Positions 29,911 to 39,609 of a stretch of DNA of 64,000 nt are shown in pieces. The position numbers and the translations under genes are program-made. The stretch's first letter is position 1. Each line of letters starts with the position of its first letter. Origin of the DNA: Mycobacteriales bacterium (lineage in GTDB: Bacteria > Actinomycetota > Actinomycetes > JAFAQI01); contig DASZXY010000024.1 in assembly GCA_035545635.1 (NCBI GenBank), positions 130,685 through 194,684 on the forward strand. The letters are read 5' to 3'. Below the pieces are notes generated by a model that had not been told where the DNA came from, did not search any database, and worked only from the letters and a program-made list of their open reading frames with translations.

Positions 29911-31017
29911 ATGGGGCAGCCCGCGCCGCTTGGCGCCAGCGTGGCCGAACGCGCGAAGCGCAGGCTCGGTGTGCTCGCTGCCCCTGAGTCGCTGCGCAAC
30001 CGCCGCTTCGCTGAGGTGGGTGTCGTTGCGCTCACCGGCCTGGTGCTCTTGCTCAACGCCCTGTTCGGTGCCAACGCATTTCCTTCGCTGACCGTCGTGG
30101 TCCCTGTGATCCTCGCCGGGCTGTTGGTGGAGCCGGTACCCCTGCTGGTCGTGATCGTCGGCGCCTACGCCGTACTCATCGCCGAGAACGTCGGTGTGGG
30201 GCAGAGCACGATCCGGCCGGGTTCGTACGTGGTCCTCGCCATCGTCTCCGCCATCGCCCTCAAGCAGTCGGCGGACCGGCAGCGCCTCGGTCTGTCTGCG
30301 GGCCGCGGCGAGGCGATGCTGCTGGAGCTACGTGACCGGCTGCGGCGGCAAGGTGACCTGCCGCCGCTACCGCCGGGTTGGAATGCGGAGGTCGAGCAGC
30401 AGTCTGCCGGCGGCGTCACCTTTGGTGGGGACTTTCTGCTGTCGGCGCTGACCGACGGCGGCCGGACGCTCGAGCTGGTGCTCGTCGACGTCTCGGGCAA
30501 GGGACTCGAGGCCGGGACGCGTGCGCTGACGCTGTCGGGCGCACTTGGCGGCCTGCTCGGCGCGGTGTCCCCCGAGCGCTTCTTCGCCGCAGCCAACGAG
30601 TACCTCATCCGCCAGGACTGGGATGAGGGGTTTGCGACCGCACTGCATCTGACGCTCGAGCTGAGCAGCGGCAAGTACCGGCTCACGAATGCCGGTCACC
30701 TGCCGGCCGTCCACTACTCCGGCGGGGCGGGCGTCTGGTCGGTGGTCGAGCCGGACGGGACTGTCCTCGGGTTGCTGCCGGAAGGGCATTTCGGCTCAGC
30801 AGATGGCGAGCTCGGCCCGTACGACGCCCTGCTGCTCTACACCGACGGACTCGTCGAGGCGCCGGGGCGAGATCTGGCGATGGGCATCGACCGGCTCGTC
30901 GGCGCAGCGGAAAGACTCATCCCGCGGGGGTTCAACGGGGGAGCCAGGCGGCTGCTCGACGACGCCTCTCCCGATGCCTCCGACGACCGAGCCCTGGTCC
31001 TGATCTGGCGGACCTGA
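29911..31017 (+). CDS. Membrane-associated PP2C/SpoIIE-family phosphatase
   Basis: N-terminal TM segments, then GGDFLLS...LVDVSGKGLEAGTRAL...LLLYTDGLVE SpoIIE/PP2C motifs. Confidence 0.75.
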   Translation: MGQPAPLGASVAERAKRRLGVLAAPESLRNRRFAEVGVVALTGLVLLLNALFGANAFPSLTVVVPVILAGLLVEPVPLLVVIVGAYAVLIAENVGVGQSTIRPGSYVVLAIVSAIALKQSADRQRLGLSAGRGEAMLLELRDRLRRQGDLPPLPPGWNAEVEQQSAGGVTFGGDFLLSALTDGGRTLELVLVDVSGKGLEAGTRALTLSGALGGLLGAVSPERFFAAANEYLIRQDWDEGFATALHLTLELSSGKYRLTNAGHLPAVHYSGGAGVWSVVEPDGTVLGLLPEGHFGSADGELGPYDALLLYTDGLVEAPGRDLAMGIDRLVGAAERLIPRGFNGGARRLLDDASPDASDDRALVLIWRT

Positions 31018-31018
31018 A

Positions 31019-31085
31019 GCAATGTGGCATTGCCCCAACGATTCCGGCGAAATCTGCCTCGTTTGGCAATGCAGTGGCACATTGC
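31019..31085. repeat. Two copies of a GCAATG...CATTGC palindrome in a convergent intergenic gap (possible paired terminators or operator)
   Basis: Copy 1: GCAATG-TGG-CATTGC at 31019-31033. Copy 2: GCAATG-CAGTGGCA-CATTGC at 31066-31085. Locally AT-richer than the surroundings. Confidence 0.4.
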
Positions 31086-31101
31086 TTGCCTGGCGCCCGG
31101 C

Positions 31102-32262
31102 CTAGCTCGGTTCGGCCTGGGTGACCGCGCCGCTATCCAAGAGCTCCTTCACGCGGGTGTCCTCGATGCCCCAGTCGCTCAGCGCCTCGACCGTGTCCGA
31201 CCCTGGGGTCTTGGGCCGACCGCCGGCCTTGCCGGGTGTGCGCGAGAACCGCGGAGCGGGAGCGGGCTGCTTCACGCCGCCGACATCGACCAGCGTCTCG
31301 CGGGCGACGAGGTGCGGGTGGTCAAGTGCCTCCGTGAGCCACATGATTGGCGCAACGCACGCGTCGACCTCGTCGAAGATCGCCGCCCACTCGTCGCGAG
31401 TCTTCTCGGCGAACTTCGCCGCGAGCATCTCGCGCACCTCGGGATAACGGTCGCGCTCGGCCTGGCTGGGGAGATCGGGCAGCTCGAGGGTCTGCTTCAG
31501 CGCCTCGTAGAACTGCGGTTCGATCGCGCCGACCGACATGTACTCGCCGTCTGCGCACTTGTAGGTGTCGTAGAACGGCGCGCCGCCGTCGAGCAGGTTG
31601 CTCCCGCGCGCGTCGACACCCATGCCGACACTGCGCTGGCTGTGCGCCATCGACAGCAGGCTGGTGACCCCGTCGACCATCGCGACGTCGATCACCTGAC
31701 CCTGCCCGCTGGTGTTGCGCTCGAGCAGCGCGGCGAGAATGCCCATGACGGCGAACATCGAGCCGCCACCGAAGTCAGCGACGAGGTTCAGTGGAGGCAC
31801 CGGCTTGCGGTCCTTCTCGCCGATCGCCGCGATGGCGCCGGTGATCGATGCGTAGTTGATGTCATGGCCGACCCGGTTCGCGAGCGGTCCGTCCTGCCCC
31901 CACCCGGTCATCCGCGCGTAGACGAGGCGCGGGTTCGAGCCGAGGCAGTCATCCGGGCCGACGCCGAGCCGCTCGGCGACGCCGGGACGGAACGCTTCGA
32001 TCAGCACGTCGGCTTCCTTGACCAGGTCGAGCACGAGCTCCTTGGAGCCTTCGGCCTTCAGGTCGACGGCGACGCTACGGCGGCCGCGGGCGAGGATGTC
32101 GTACCCCCCGGCGACCCCGAACGTCCCCGTCGCGCGCTCCAGCCGCAGAACCTCGGCTCCCAGGTCGGAGAGCAGCATGCAGGCGTACGGCGCCGGGCCG
32201 ATGCCGGCGAGCTCGATCACCTTCACGCCGCGAAGCGGCCCCGCCTTGTCTTCTGACGTCAC
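31102..32262 (-). CDS. CaiB/BaiF-family CoA-transferase (alpha-methylacyl-CoA racemase-like)
   Basis: LRGVKVIELAGIGPAPYACMLLSDLGAEVLRLER N-terminus. Start at GTG 32262, overlapping the upstream stop (GTGA). Confidence 0.8.
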   Translation of the reverse strand: MTSEDKAGPLRGVKVIELAGIGPAPYACMLLSDLGAEVLRLERATGTFGVAGGYDILARGRRSVAVDLKAEGSKELVLDLVKEADVLIEAFRPGVAERLGVGPDDCLGSNPRLVYARMTGWGQDGPLANRVGHDINYASITGAIAAIGEKDRKPVPPLNLVADFGGGSMFAVMGILAALLERNTSGQGQVIDVAMVDGVTSLLSMAHSQRSVGMGVDARGSNLLDGGAPFYDTYKCADGEYMSVGAIEPQFYEALKQTLELPDLPSQAERDRYPEVREMLAAKFAEKTRDEWAAIFDEVDACVAPIMWLTEALDHPHLVARETLVDVGGVKQPAPAPRFSRTPGKAGGRPKTPGSDTVEALSDWGIEDTRVKELLDSGAVTQAEPS

Positions 32263-32957
32263 CGGGTCACGGTATCGGCGGTTCCCATGATGATTCGCGG
32301 GTGGTGGCTCGGTCGCAGCCAGCGCAGCAGCCGGATGACCTGGCGCCGTGGCAGCGAGACGCAGCCGTGGGTCGCGCTGTGGTGGGTGACGTGCAGGAAG
32401 ATCGCACTGCCGAGGCCCGGTGTGCGCGACGCGTTGTAGTTGATCACCGCGACGTCCCGGTAGGGCCGGACGTGCAGCGGCTCGGGGGAGCGGCCCGCCG
32501 ATTGGTGCCGCGTGTCGACCCAGGTGTTGTAGCGGGGGCTGGTCGAGTCGTCGTCCCAGTAGTCGTAGGTGTGCGCGTGACGCCACCGGAAGTGCACCCC
32601 CGGATCAGGGGCAGTGCCGAAGAAGTAGGAGAACGTGTAGGAGCCGCTCGGGGTGCGCCCGTCGCCCTCGCGTTTCGCCCCCAGGGGCGCGAAGCCGCCG
32701 TATCCGATCCACGCCGACGCGGGACCGAAGACCCGGCGCCACTTGCCGTTGCGCTTCTCGAACGCGCGGACGGTCGCAGTCGTCGCGCCGTAGCCGCTGC
32801 TGATGACCGAGACCACCTGGGTCGCGTCGTGCACGCCGTTCAGTCGTGTCGGCAAGGCGTGGCCTGACGCTCGGTCGGTCTTCGCGGTCGCCCCTGGGAC
32901 GGCTCCCGCTCCGGTCAGGGCCGCAACGAGCAGGTAGAGCGGCAGACGTCGTTTCAT
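32259..32957 (-). CDS. L,D-transpeptidase-family protein (YkuD fold)
   Basis: Signal peptide MKRRLPLYLLVAALTGAGA. Catalytic region IFLHVTHHSATHGCVSLP. Confidence 0.75.
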   Translation of the reverse strand: MKRRLPLYLLVAALTGAGAVPGATAKTDRASGHALPTRLNGVHDATQVVSVISSGYGATTATVRAFEKRNGKWRRVFGPASAWIGYGGFAPLGAKREGDGRTPSGSYTFSYFFGTAPDPGVHFRWRHAHTYDYWDDDSTSPRYNTWVDTRHQSAGRSPEPLHVRPYRDVAVINYNASRTPGLGSAIFLHVTHHSATHGCVSLPRRQVIRLLRWLRPSHHPRIIMGTADTVTR

Positions 32958-32977
32958 GACGCTTCTAGTCTGGCCTC

Positions 32978-33682
32978 ATGGCGAGCCCACTAACCGGCGT
33001 GGTCACGGTCGTGTTCGCGGCATTGGCGTCGTGCACCGCTGCTCAGTCGCCGACTCCCCACGTTCGCGCCTCTCAGGTGGAAAGCACGCAGCTGTCCTCC
33101 TCTCCTGACTTTCAGTTCGACGCGCACGGCGTCGCGCCGGTGACTGCCAAGCAGCTCGGCAAGAGCTGGCACCGCGGTTGCCCGGTGCCGCCGCGTGACC
33201 TGCGCGCCCTACGGGTGCGCTTCTGGGGCTTCGACCGGCTTCGTCACAGCGGCGTGCTGATCGTGAACGTCTCAGCACTGCACGCCGTACGGGTCGCGTT
33301 CCGGAGCATCAGGCACGCACACTTCCCGATCCGGCGGGTCGAGCCGGTGTCGGAGTACGGCGCGAGCGACGACAAGTCGATGGCGCACGACAACACGTCG
33401 GCCTTCAACTGCCGTTACGCCGTGGCGAACGGGCCGAAGACGTGGTCGGCACACGCCTACGGCAGCGCGGTCGACGTCGACCCGCGGGAGAACCCGTACC
33501 GCCTGAACGGCAAGGTCTTGCCGCCGTCAGGGGCGAAGTACGCCGACCGCTCGAAGCACCGCCGCGGGATGATCTTCGCCGGCGGTCCGGTCGTCCGCGC
33601 GTTCGACGCGGTCGGCTGGGGCTGGGGCGGGCGCTGGAGCTCGAGTCCGGACTACCAGCACTTCTCTTCCAGCGGGCGCTGA
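32978..33682 (+). CDS. M15-family zinc D-Ala-D-Ala carboxypeptidase-like peptidase
   Basis: Signal peptide. Zinc-ligand motifs SAHAYGSAVD and DYQHF (H-D-H arrangement). Confidence 0.75.
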   Translation: MASPLTGVVTVVFAALASCTAAQSPTPHVRASQVESTQLSSSPDFQFDAHGVAPVTAKQLGKSWHRGCPVPPRDLRALRVRFWGFDRLRHSGVLIVNVSALHAVRVAFRSIRHAHFPIRRVEPVSEYGASDDKSMAHDNTSAFNCRYAVANGPKTWSAHAYGSAVDVDPRENPYRLNGKVLPPSGAKYADRSKHRRGMIFAGGPVVRAFDAVGWGWGGRWSSSPDYQHFSSSGR

Positions 33683-33688
33683 CGACGA

Positions 33689-34324
33689 TCAGCTGATCTC
33701 GACGGCCGTGCCCGGCTTGACCCAGTTGAACAGGTCGCGCAGAGCGTTCAGCGGTACGTGCACGCAGCCGATCGAGCCCTCGGTCCGGTAGCGGCTGCTG
33801 CCGTACGGCATGGACTGCCACGGAGCGTCGTGAAAGCCGTAGATGTTGTGGCTGAACGGGATCCAGTAGGTCACGTGGACCTTGTTGCCGTTTGCCGGGC
33901 GCAGCGTGGTGTTCGCGACTCGCGCTTCGACGGCGAACGTGCCGCGCGGGGTCGCGTCGCCCGGTTGCGACCGACCGGTGGTGACCGGGGTGCTCATCAC
34001 CAAGTGGGCCCGGTGGCAGGCCCACAGGTGCTGCTGCTTGATGCTGACCTTGACGGACTGTGCTGACCGGTTGCTACGACACGGGGAAAGCAGGCGGGTC
34101 GGGGCGCCCTCGCTGACCTGGGCGGGACGGCTCTGCAACGACGCTGCTGACAACGGGCCGGTGAGGAGCGCTTTCAGGCTCTGCCCGTCGCTGTGGTCGG
34201 CGACCGCGCTCGAAGCCGCGTGAACTCCGAGCGGGCCCCGGTACAACGCCGCAAATACGCCCAAAGCGAGCGTGGCGGCGATGACGGCGGCAAGCGTCGT
34301 TCGAGCGGTGTGGGCTGGGGTCAC
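33689..34324 (-). CDS. L,D-transpeptidase-family protein (YkuD fold)
   Basis: N-terminal TM/signal. YGFHDAPWQ...TEGSIGCVHVP catalytic His/Cys motif. Confidence 0.75.
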   Translation of the reverse strand: MTPAHTARTTLAAVIAATLALGVFAALYRGPLGVHAASSAVADHSDGQSLKALLTGPLSAASLQSRPAQVSEGAPTRLLSPCRSNRSAQSVKVSIKQQHLWACHRAHLVMSTPVTTGRSQPGDATPRGTFAVEARVANTTLRPANGNKVHVTYWIPFSHNIYGFHDAPWQSMPYGSSRYRTEGSIGCVHVPLNALRDLFNWVKPGTAVEIS

Positions 34325-34366
34325 GCCCTCCCTAACGGATCAGGAGGGTGTTTGGTTGTCGTCGGG

Positions 34367-35014
34367 TCAGCTGTTGTCCTTCACCGGGTCGCCGACGGTG
34401 CTCCAGAGGCAGTGAGTCGTGACGTTCTTGTCGCAGGTCCCTGTCGCGTGCTGCAGGAGCTTCAGCGTCTGGCTCCCATCGGGGCTGGTCAGCGTCAGGT
34501 GAATCTGGCAGGTGTACTTCTGGGTGCTTCCGGTCTCGACGCAAGAGACGTCGTTGATAGTGACCTTGGCACCGGGAACATCCGAATCGAGGGAGTGCTG
34601 CAGCTGCGTCTGCCCGTCGTCCTTGATGGCGTTCTCGAGCTCGTTCGAGTGGTCGACGCCGTTCACGAGGGCGACCACGATCCCTATGACAAACAGCGCG
34701 ACGACGATGACGAGAGGGATGATCAGCGCCTTGCGCTTGTACCAGGACTTCTTGGTGCTGACCGGGACGCCCATGCCGCCGTCGGCGGGCATGGTCCACG
34801 ATGGCGCCGCATCCGTCGGGACGGAAGCGCTGGCAGCCGGATCACCGGTCGGAGGGCCGGCAGCCGCCGCAGCCGGATCACCGGTGGGGGCGCCGACAGC
34901 CGCTGCGCCGGCAGCCGCGGTGTGACCGGTCCACGCGGATCCGTCCCAGTACCGCTGTTGCGTCGCGTCCTGCGGGTCCGGGTACCAACCGGCCGGTGGC
35001 TGTCCCTGCGTCAT
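34367..35014 (-). CDS. DUF2510 domain membrane protein
   Basis: PAGWYPDPQDATQQRYWDGSAWTGH DUF2510 motif, Pro/Ala-rich linker, one TM, C-terminal extracytoplasmic domain. Confidence 0.6.
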   Translation of the reverse strand: MTQGQPPAGWYPDPQDATQQRYWDGSAWTGHTAAAGAAAVGAPTGDPAAAAAGPPTGDPAASASVPTDAAPSWTMPADGGMGVPVSTKKSWYKRKALIIPLVIVVALFVIGIVVALVNGVDHSNELENAIKDDGQTQLQHSLDSDVPGAKVTINDVSCVETGSTQKYTCQIHLTLTSPDGSQTLKLLQHATGTCDKNVTTHCLWSTVGDPVKDNS

Positions 35015-35052
35015 TGCTTCCCCCTTCGATCCTTCGCGGGACAGTACTACCC

Positions 35053-36063
35053 ATGACCGGACTGCCGCCTCTCACGGTCAGCCGATTCTTCGGCACGTGG
35101 GACATGGATCCGTGGATCGCCACCGCGTGTGCTCTCGTCCTCGGCGCGTACTTGCTGGCGGTGCGTCGGGTGCGCCGCCAGGGGGACGCGTGGCCCGTCG
35201 TACGCGTCGTCGCCTTCGTCGGACTCGGGCTCGGGCTGGTCGTCGTCGCGACCATGTCGTCATTGGCCGTGTACTCACGGGTGCTTCTGTGGCCGATGGC
35301 GCTGCGAGTCACCGTCCTGCTGACCATCGTCCCGGTCGGTCTCGGGCTCGGCGACCCGGTCGGCCTCGTCAGCGCGGCGCTGTCACCGGCGGGTGCGGCG
35401 CGCTGGCAGGGACTGCTGCGGGCCTGGCCGGTCCGGGTGCTCACCTTCCCCGCGGTCGCGCCGCTGCTGGCGGTGGCGACCCAGTTCGTCGTGTTCTACA
35501 CCGGCTACCTGGGGGCCGCTGAGCGCGACGCGGTCGTGATGCGGCTGCTCGACCTGCAGCTCGTGGTCACGGGGTGCCTGTTCGCTCTGCCGCTGCTGGG
35601 TGTCGAGATCCTTCCGCTCTGGTGCACCCAGCCGGTGCGGATGACCTTCGCGGCGATCGACGGGCTGCTCGACGCCATCCCTGGGATCGCGGTGATGACG
35701 AGCAGCACGCTCGTCGCGGGCGGTTACTACGGCACGGTCACCCGGTCGTGGGGCCCGACCCGTTCGTGGGACCAGACGATCGGTGGTGGCTTGATGATCA
35801 CGGTGGCCGAGGTGGTCGCCGTGCCGTTCGTGGCGATCCTGTTCGCGGCCTGGATTCGGGAGGATGCCCGTCACGCCAAGGAGGTCGACGCCGCGCTCGA
35901 CGTCGCTGAGGCGCGCCGCCGCGCTCTGACGCCGGTGGACCAGGAGCCCGCCGCAGATCGGCCGTGGTGGGAGGTCGAGCCGGGCCCGCTAGCCGATCGG
36001 GCGGCTCGCTATGGCTGGAAGCGGGAGGACCAAGAAGGACCGGATCGCCGAAATCGCGAATAG
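35053..36063 (+). CDS. Cytochrome c oxidase assembly protein (caa3-CtaG-like membrane protein)
   Basis: Start at internal ATG 35053. WDMDPWIATACALVLGAYLLAVRR opening and a polytopic profile typical of the family. Confidence 0.65.
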   Translation: MTGLPPLTVSRFFGTWDMDPWIATACALVLGAYLLAVRRVRRQGDAWPVVRVVAFVGLGLGLVVVATMSSLAVYSRVLLWPMALRVTVLLTIVPVGLGLGDPVGLVSAALSPAGAARWQGLLRAWPVRVLTFPAVAPLLAVATQFVVFYTGYLGAAERDAVVMRLLDLQLVVTGCLFALPLLGVEILPLWCTQPVRMTFAAIDGLLDAIPGIAVMTSSTLVAGGYYGTVTRSWGPTRSWDQTIGGGLMITVAEVVAVPFVAILFAAWIREDARHAKEVDAALDVAEARRRALTPVDQEPAADRPWWEVEPGPLADRAARYGWKREDQEGPDRRNRE

Positions 36064-36104
36064 CCTGGGCGGGTTCCAGCTTTGCGTCAGCAAGGAGTGC
36101 CTGC

Positions 36105-38903
36105 ATGAGCCGCCATCGTCTGCTCGCCGCCGTGTCCGTCCTCGTGACCTTGACGGGCACCGGAACGGCCATCGCGCGATCGGGCTCGAGCCAGGGGACC
36201 GCTCCGGCGATCGGCATCCCGAGCGCCGAGTTCTGGGCGCACCGGCTGTACCCGAGCCGCACCCTGAGTGCGCAGACGCTGGCGAGCCAAGCCGTCGGTG
36301 GCGAGAACGACGCTGAGGAAGAGGAGTCCGGCCGCGACGAGGGCATCGCGCTGAAGCCGATCAGCAACGTGCTCTACCAGGGCAACACCGACGAGAAGTT
36401 CCTTCGGCTGACCAGCGAGGCGAAGAAGCTCGGCGAGACTGGCGGCGCCTGGCGTAACAAGGGCCCGTTCAACGGCGTGAAGTCGATCCTCGGCACCGGA
36501 AGCGGCGCAGAGCTGCTCGGTGCCGTCGGCGGGATCGGAACGGCGATGGTCGTCGACCCCAACGACCGGTCCGGCAACACCGTCTACCTCGGCACGATCG
36601 GCGGTCTGTACAAGACCACCAATGGCGGCAAGACGGTGCACAACATCACGGAGGGCAAGATCGCGCGTGAGGCGGTCGGCGCAATCGCGGTCGACCCCCA
36701 CAACCCGAAGCTGCTCTACCTCGGCACCGGCGTTTCGATCTTCACGCTGTCCGACGACGCAGCCGGCACTGGCGTCTACGTGTCGCGCAACGGCGGCAAG
36801 ACCTGGAGTCGGCCGAAGGCGAACGTGCACGGGTACGGCGTCAACGCGGTCTCCGTGAACCCGAGCAACGGCGACGTCCTCGTCGGGACGACCTACGGGC
36901 TGTGGCGCTCGACCGACCGGGGCAGAAGCTTCCACCGCGTCAACGTGCCGACCCACGCGAAGTACGGGCTCGGCAACTGGCTTGCGTCGATCGCGGTCAA
37001 CCCGTTCAACCCGCGCGAGGTGACTGTCGACGTCGGCTACGCCTTCGGCAAGAAGTCGTACGGCGGCAAGGTGGTCGCGCCGGGCAACGGCCTGTACCGC
37101 TCCACCAACTACGGCCGCACGTTCAAGTACATGGCGAGCAACTCCCAGCTGAACCAGCCGCTGTCCTCGAGCGACCCGCTTGGCCGGGTGAGCCTGTCCT
37201 ACAGCACCGTGCAGAGCGGCGGCCGAGGCGTCCTGTGGGCGCTGGTCCAGGACGCGGGCCTCGCAAACGGTGACCACCTGACCGTGGACAACCCGGTGCT
37301 GCCGGTGGTCGTGGACGGCAACACCGAGCTCAACGGGCTGTACCGCTCGAACGACGACGGCAAGTCGTGGGCGCTTCAGGCGGATGCCCAGACGCTGACC
37401 GCGACCCTCGGCGCAGCAACGGGTCTAGTGGGCTACCCGCTGAGCTACGCCGCGGGTGTGCAGGCGTCGTACAACAACTGGGTCCTCGCCGACGGCAAGG
37501 ATCCGAACCGCGTGTACATCGGTCTCGAGGAGGCCTACACGGGCGAGTACCACGGGCCGACGAACACGAACGTCCCGCTTGGCACGAGTTGGACGGCGGT
37601 TGAGAAGTACGCGAACGTGTGCGGCTTCCTCACCTACTTCAACACGATCCCGAACAGCAACGGCGTCGCCTGCCCGTCGATCATCCCGGAGTACGGCAAG
37701 GGCACCACCCACCCGGACCAGCACAGCGCGGCGATCGCGGTGACCCCTCACGGTGAGCGGTTCTACAGCGGCAACGACGGTGGTTGGTGGGTGCAGAACG
37801 CGCACAGCGTCACCGACACGACGGGGGTGGCCTACCAGGGCTTCGACAACTCGACCTGGAAGTCGCTCAACGCGCCGGCGACCGTGTTGCCGTGGGACGT
37901 CACGCGGCTGCAAGACGGCTCGTACCTGCTTGCGCTGCAGGACAACGGCGTCGCTCACGTCATGCCGAACGGGAGCGCCTACCAGGTGTGTGGCGGTGAC
38001 GGCGTGTATGTCTACCCGGGCGCGAACGCGCACTCGTACTACTGCGGCATCGACGGTCAGACCATTCTCGGCACGACCGACGACTTCAAGCACACGATCA
38101 ATCTGACTCCAGACGACAACGCGACCGGCGCAACGTTCCTGTCGCCGTGGTGGGTGGACCGGACGAATCCGAACCATCTGATCGCGGCGGCCGGCAACGT
38201 CGACGAGACGACGTTCGGCATGGCGAGCAACACCTACGACCCCACGCAGGAGGAGCTCCTCGCCTCGACCTGGAAGACGGTCTTCACCCCTGGCAAGGCG
38301 CCGAACGGCACGTGGGACTCCACGGCGGTCACCACGCAGGGCAAGACGTCCTACGTCGCGTTCTGCTCGCTGTGCCGGCCGTCGCTGGCCACCGGATCGG
38401 CCGCCACGCCCAAGAAGGTCATCACCAAGATCGCGACCAACGTGAAGCCCGGTTGCGTGTCGGCGGTGGCCAGCCCGAAGTGCTGGCACATGGCCGCGGC
38501 AAAGGGCCTGCCGCACCAGCAGGTGGGTGAGATCGCGGTGGATCCGAAGGATCCCGAGACGATCTACGTCGGAATGCGCAAAATGATCGTCATGGGCGCG
38601 AGCGACAAGGCCGTGGGATCAGCAAAGGTGCTGGTCAGTCACGACGGCGGCGCTACCTTCCACGACGTGACAGGAAACATGCCGCGGGCCGACGTGCACC
38701 GGTTGATCCTCCGTGCCGGCCGTCTCTACGCGGCGACCGACGTCGGGGTCTTCACGGCGAAGGCCGGCAGCAAGCACTGGAAGCGGTTCGGCACCGGCCT
38801 GCCGGAGGTCACCTTCCGGAGCATGGCGTTGTCGCTCGACGGGAAACATCTCGTTCTCGGCGCCTATGGCCGAGGAGTTTGGGACTACACCTTCAAAAAG
38901 TAA
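36105..38903 (+). CDS. Large secreted Asp-box (BNR)/beta-propeller repeat protein (GH74/sortilin-like)
   Basis: SD AAGGAG plus ATG 36105. Signal peptide MSRHRLLAAVSVLVTLTGTGTAIA. Repeated SxDxGxxW/F-type motifs (SRNGGKTW, STDRGRSF, STNYGRTF, SNDDGKSW, SHDGGATF). Confidence 0.7.
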   Translation: MSRHRLLAAVSVLVTLTGTGTAIARSGSSQGTAPAIGIPSAEFWAHRLYPSRTLSAQTLASQAVGGENDAEEEESGRDEGIALKPISNVLYQGNTDEKFLRLTSEAKKLGETGGAWRNKGPFNGVKSILGTGSGAELLGAVGGIGTAMVVDPNDRSGNTVYLGTIGGLYKTTNGGKTVHNITEGKIAREAVGAIAVDPHNPKLLYLGTGVSIFTLSDDAAGTGVYVSRNGGKTWSRPKANVHGYGVNAVSVNPSNGDVLVGTTYGLWRSTDRGRSFHRVNVPTHAKYGLGNWLASIAVNPFNPREVTVDVGYAFGKKSYGGKVVAPGNGLYRSTNYGRTFKYMASNSQLNQPLSSSDPLGRVSLSYSTVQSGGRGVLWALVQDAGLANGDHLTVDNPVLPVVVDGNTELNGLYRSNDDGKSWALQADAQTLTATLGAATGLVGYPLSYAAGVQASYNNWVLADGKDPNRVYIGLEEAYTGEYHGPTNTNVPLGTSWTAVEKYANVCGFLTYFNTIPNSNGVACPSIIPEYGKGTTHPDQHSAAIAVTPHGERFYSGNDGGWWVQNAHSVTDTTGVAYQGFDNSTWKSLNAPATVLPWDVTRLQDGSYLLALQDNGVAHVMPNGSAYQVCGGDGVYVYPGANAHSYYCGIDGQTILGTTDDFKHTINLTPDDNATGATFLSPWWVDRTNPNHLIAAAGNVDETTFGMASNTYDPTQEELLASTWKTVFTPGKAPNGTWDSTAVTTQGKTSYVAFCSLCRPSLATGSAATPKKVITKIATNVKPGCVSAVASPKCWHMAAAKGLPHQQVGEIAVDPKDPETIYVGMRKMIVMGASDKAVGSAKVLVSHDGGATFHDVTGNMPRADVHRLILRAGRLYAATDVGVFTAKAGSKHWKRFGTGLPEVTFRSMALSLDGKHLVLGAYGRGVWDYTFKK

Positions 38904-38915
38904 CGGGAGGCCGAC

Positions 38916-39593
38916 ATGCGGCAACCAACGTCGAGGGCGCGCTACCGCGCCGCCATCGTCGCGCTCGCTGGCGTCGCGCTGGCAGCGGGAATGGCCAGCG
39001 TCGGCATCATCGTTGCCGAGGCGTCGCCCCATGCCGCGCCTGCGGCAGCTCCGGCGATCATCCCGTGCCCGGTCCCGATCCCCATCCCGGACCTGTGTGA
39101 CAGCGCTTCGCCCAGCGCGAGCGCGTCGACAACCCCGAGCGTGACGGCAAGCCCCAGTGCGACAACAACCACGTCCAGCACGGCCACCGTCACCCCGACG
39201 GTGAGCTCGACGGTGTCCGTGACACCGACGGTGACAGCAACGCACACGACGGCGAGACCCACTCCCACGCCGACGCCCACCCCGACCTCGACGCATGGCA
39301 GTACCGCACACAAGCCGCTGGCCGGCTTCAGTCACGAGTCGGCGACGGGCAAGCACCCCACACGCGTCGTGATCACCCTCGTCGCGCGCGGCAGCAAGAT
39401 CACGAAGCTGACACACGTGAAGCTCAAGGGCTGCACCTGGAGTCTCGGGAAGCCCACCAGCAAGACGTTCAAGGGTGGCAAGCGCAAGGTGAAGATCGTG
39501 GTCAACCGGCGCCACGCCTCCACCAAGGGCTCCATCAGCTTCTACGCCTTTGACGCCGCCAACCAGCACCGCGTCGTCAAGTCTGCGGTCTGA
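38916..39593 (+). CDS. Secreted hypothetical protein (Ser/Thr/Pro-rich linker plus basic C-terminal domain)
   Basis: SD GGGAGG upstream. Signal/TM AAIVALAGVALAAGMASVGIIVAEA, about 90 aa of S/T/P low complexity, then a K-rich beta-type ~90-aa domain. I recognise no family. Confidence 0.5.
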   Translation: MRQPTSRARYRAAIVALAGVALAAGMASVGIIVAEASPHAAPAAAPAIIPCPVPIPIPDLCDSASPSASASTTPSVTASPSATTTTSSTATVTPTVSSTVSVTPTVTATHTTARPTPTPTPTPTSTHGSTAHKPLAGFSHESATGKHPTRVVITLVARGSKITKLTHVKLKGCTWSLGKPTSKTFKGGKRKVKIVVNRRHASTKGSISFYAFDAANQHRVVKSAV

Positions 39594-39609
39594 GCGCGAT
39601 CATGGGGCT

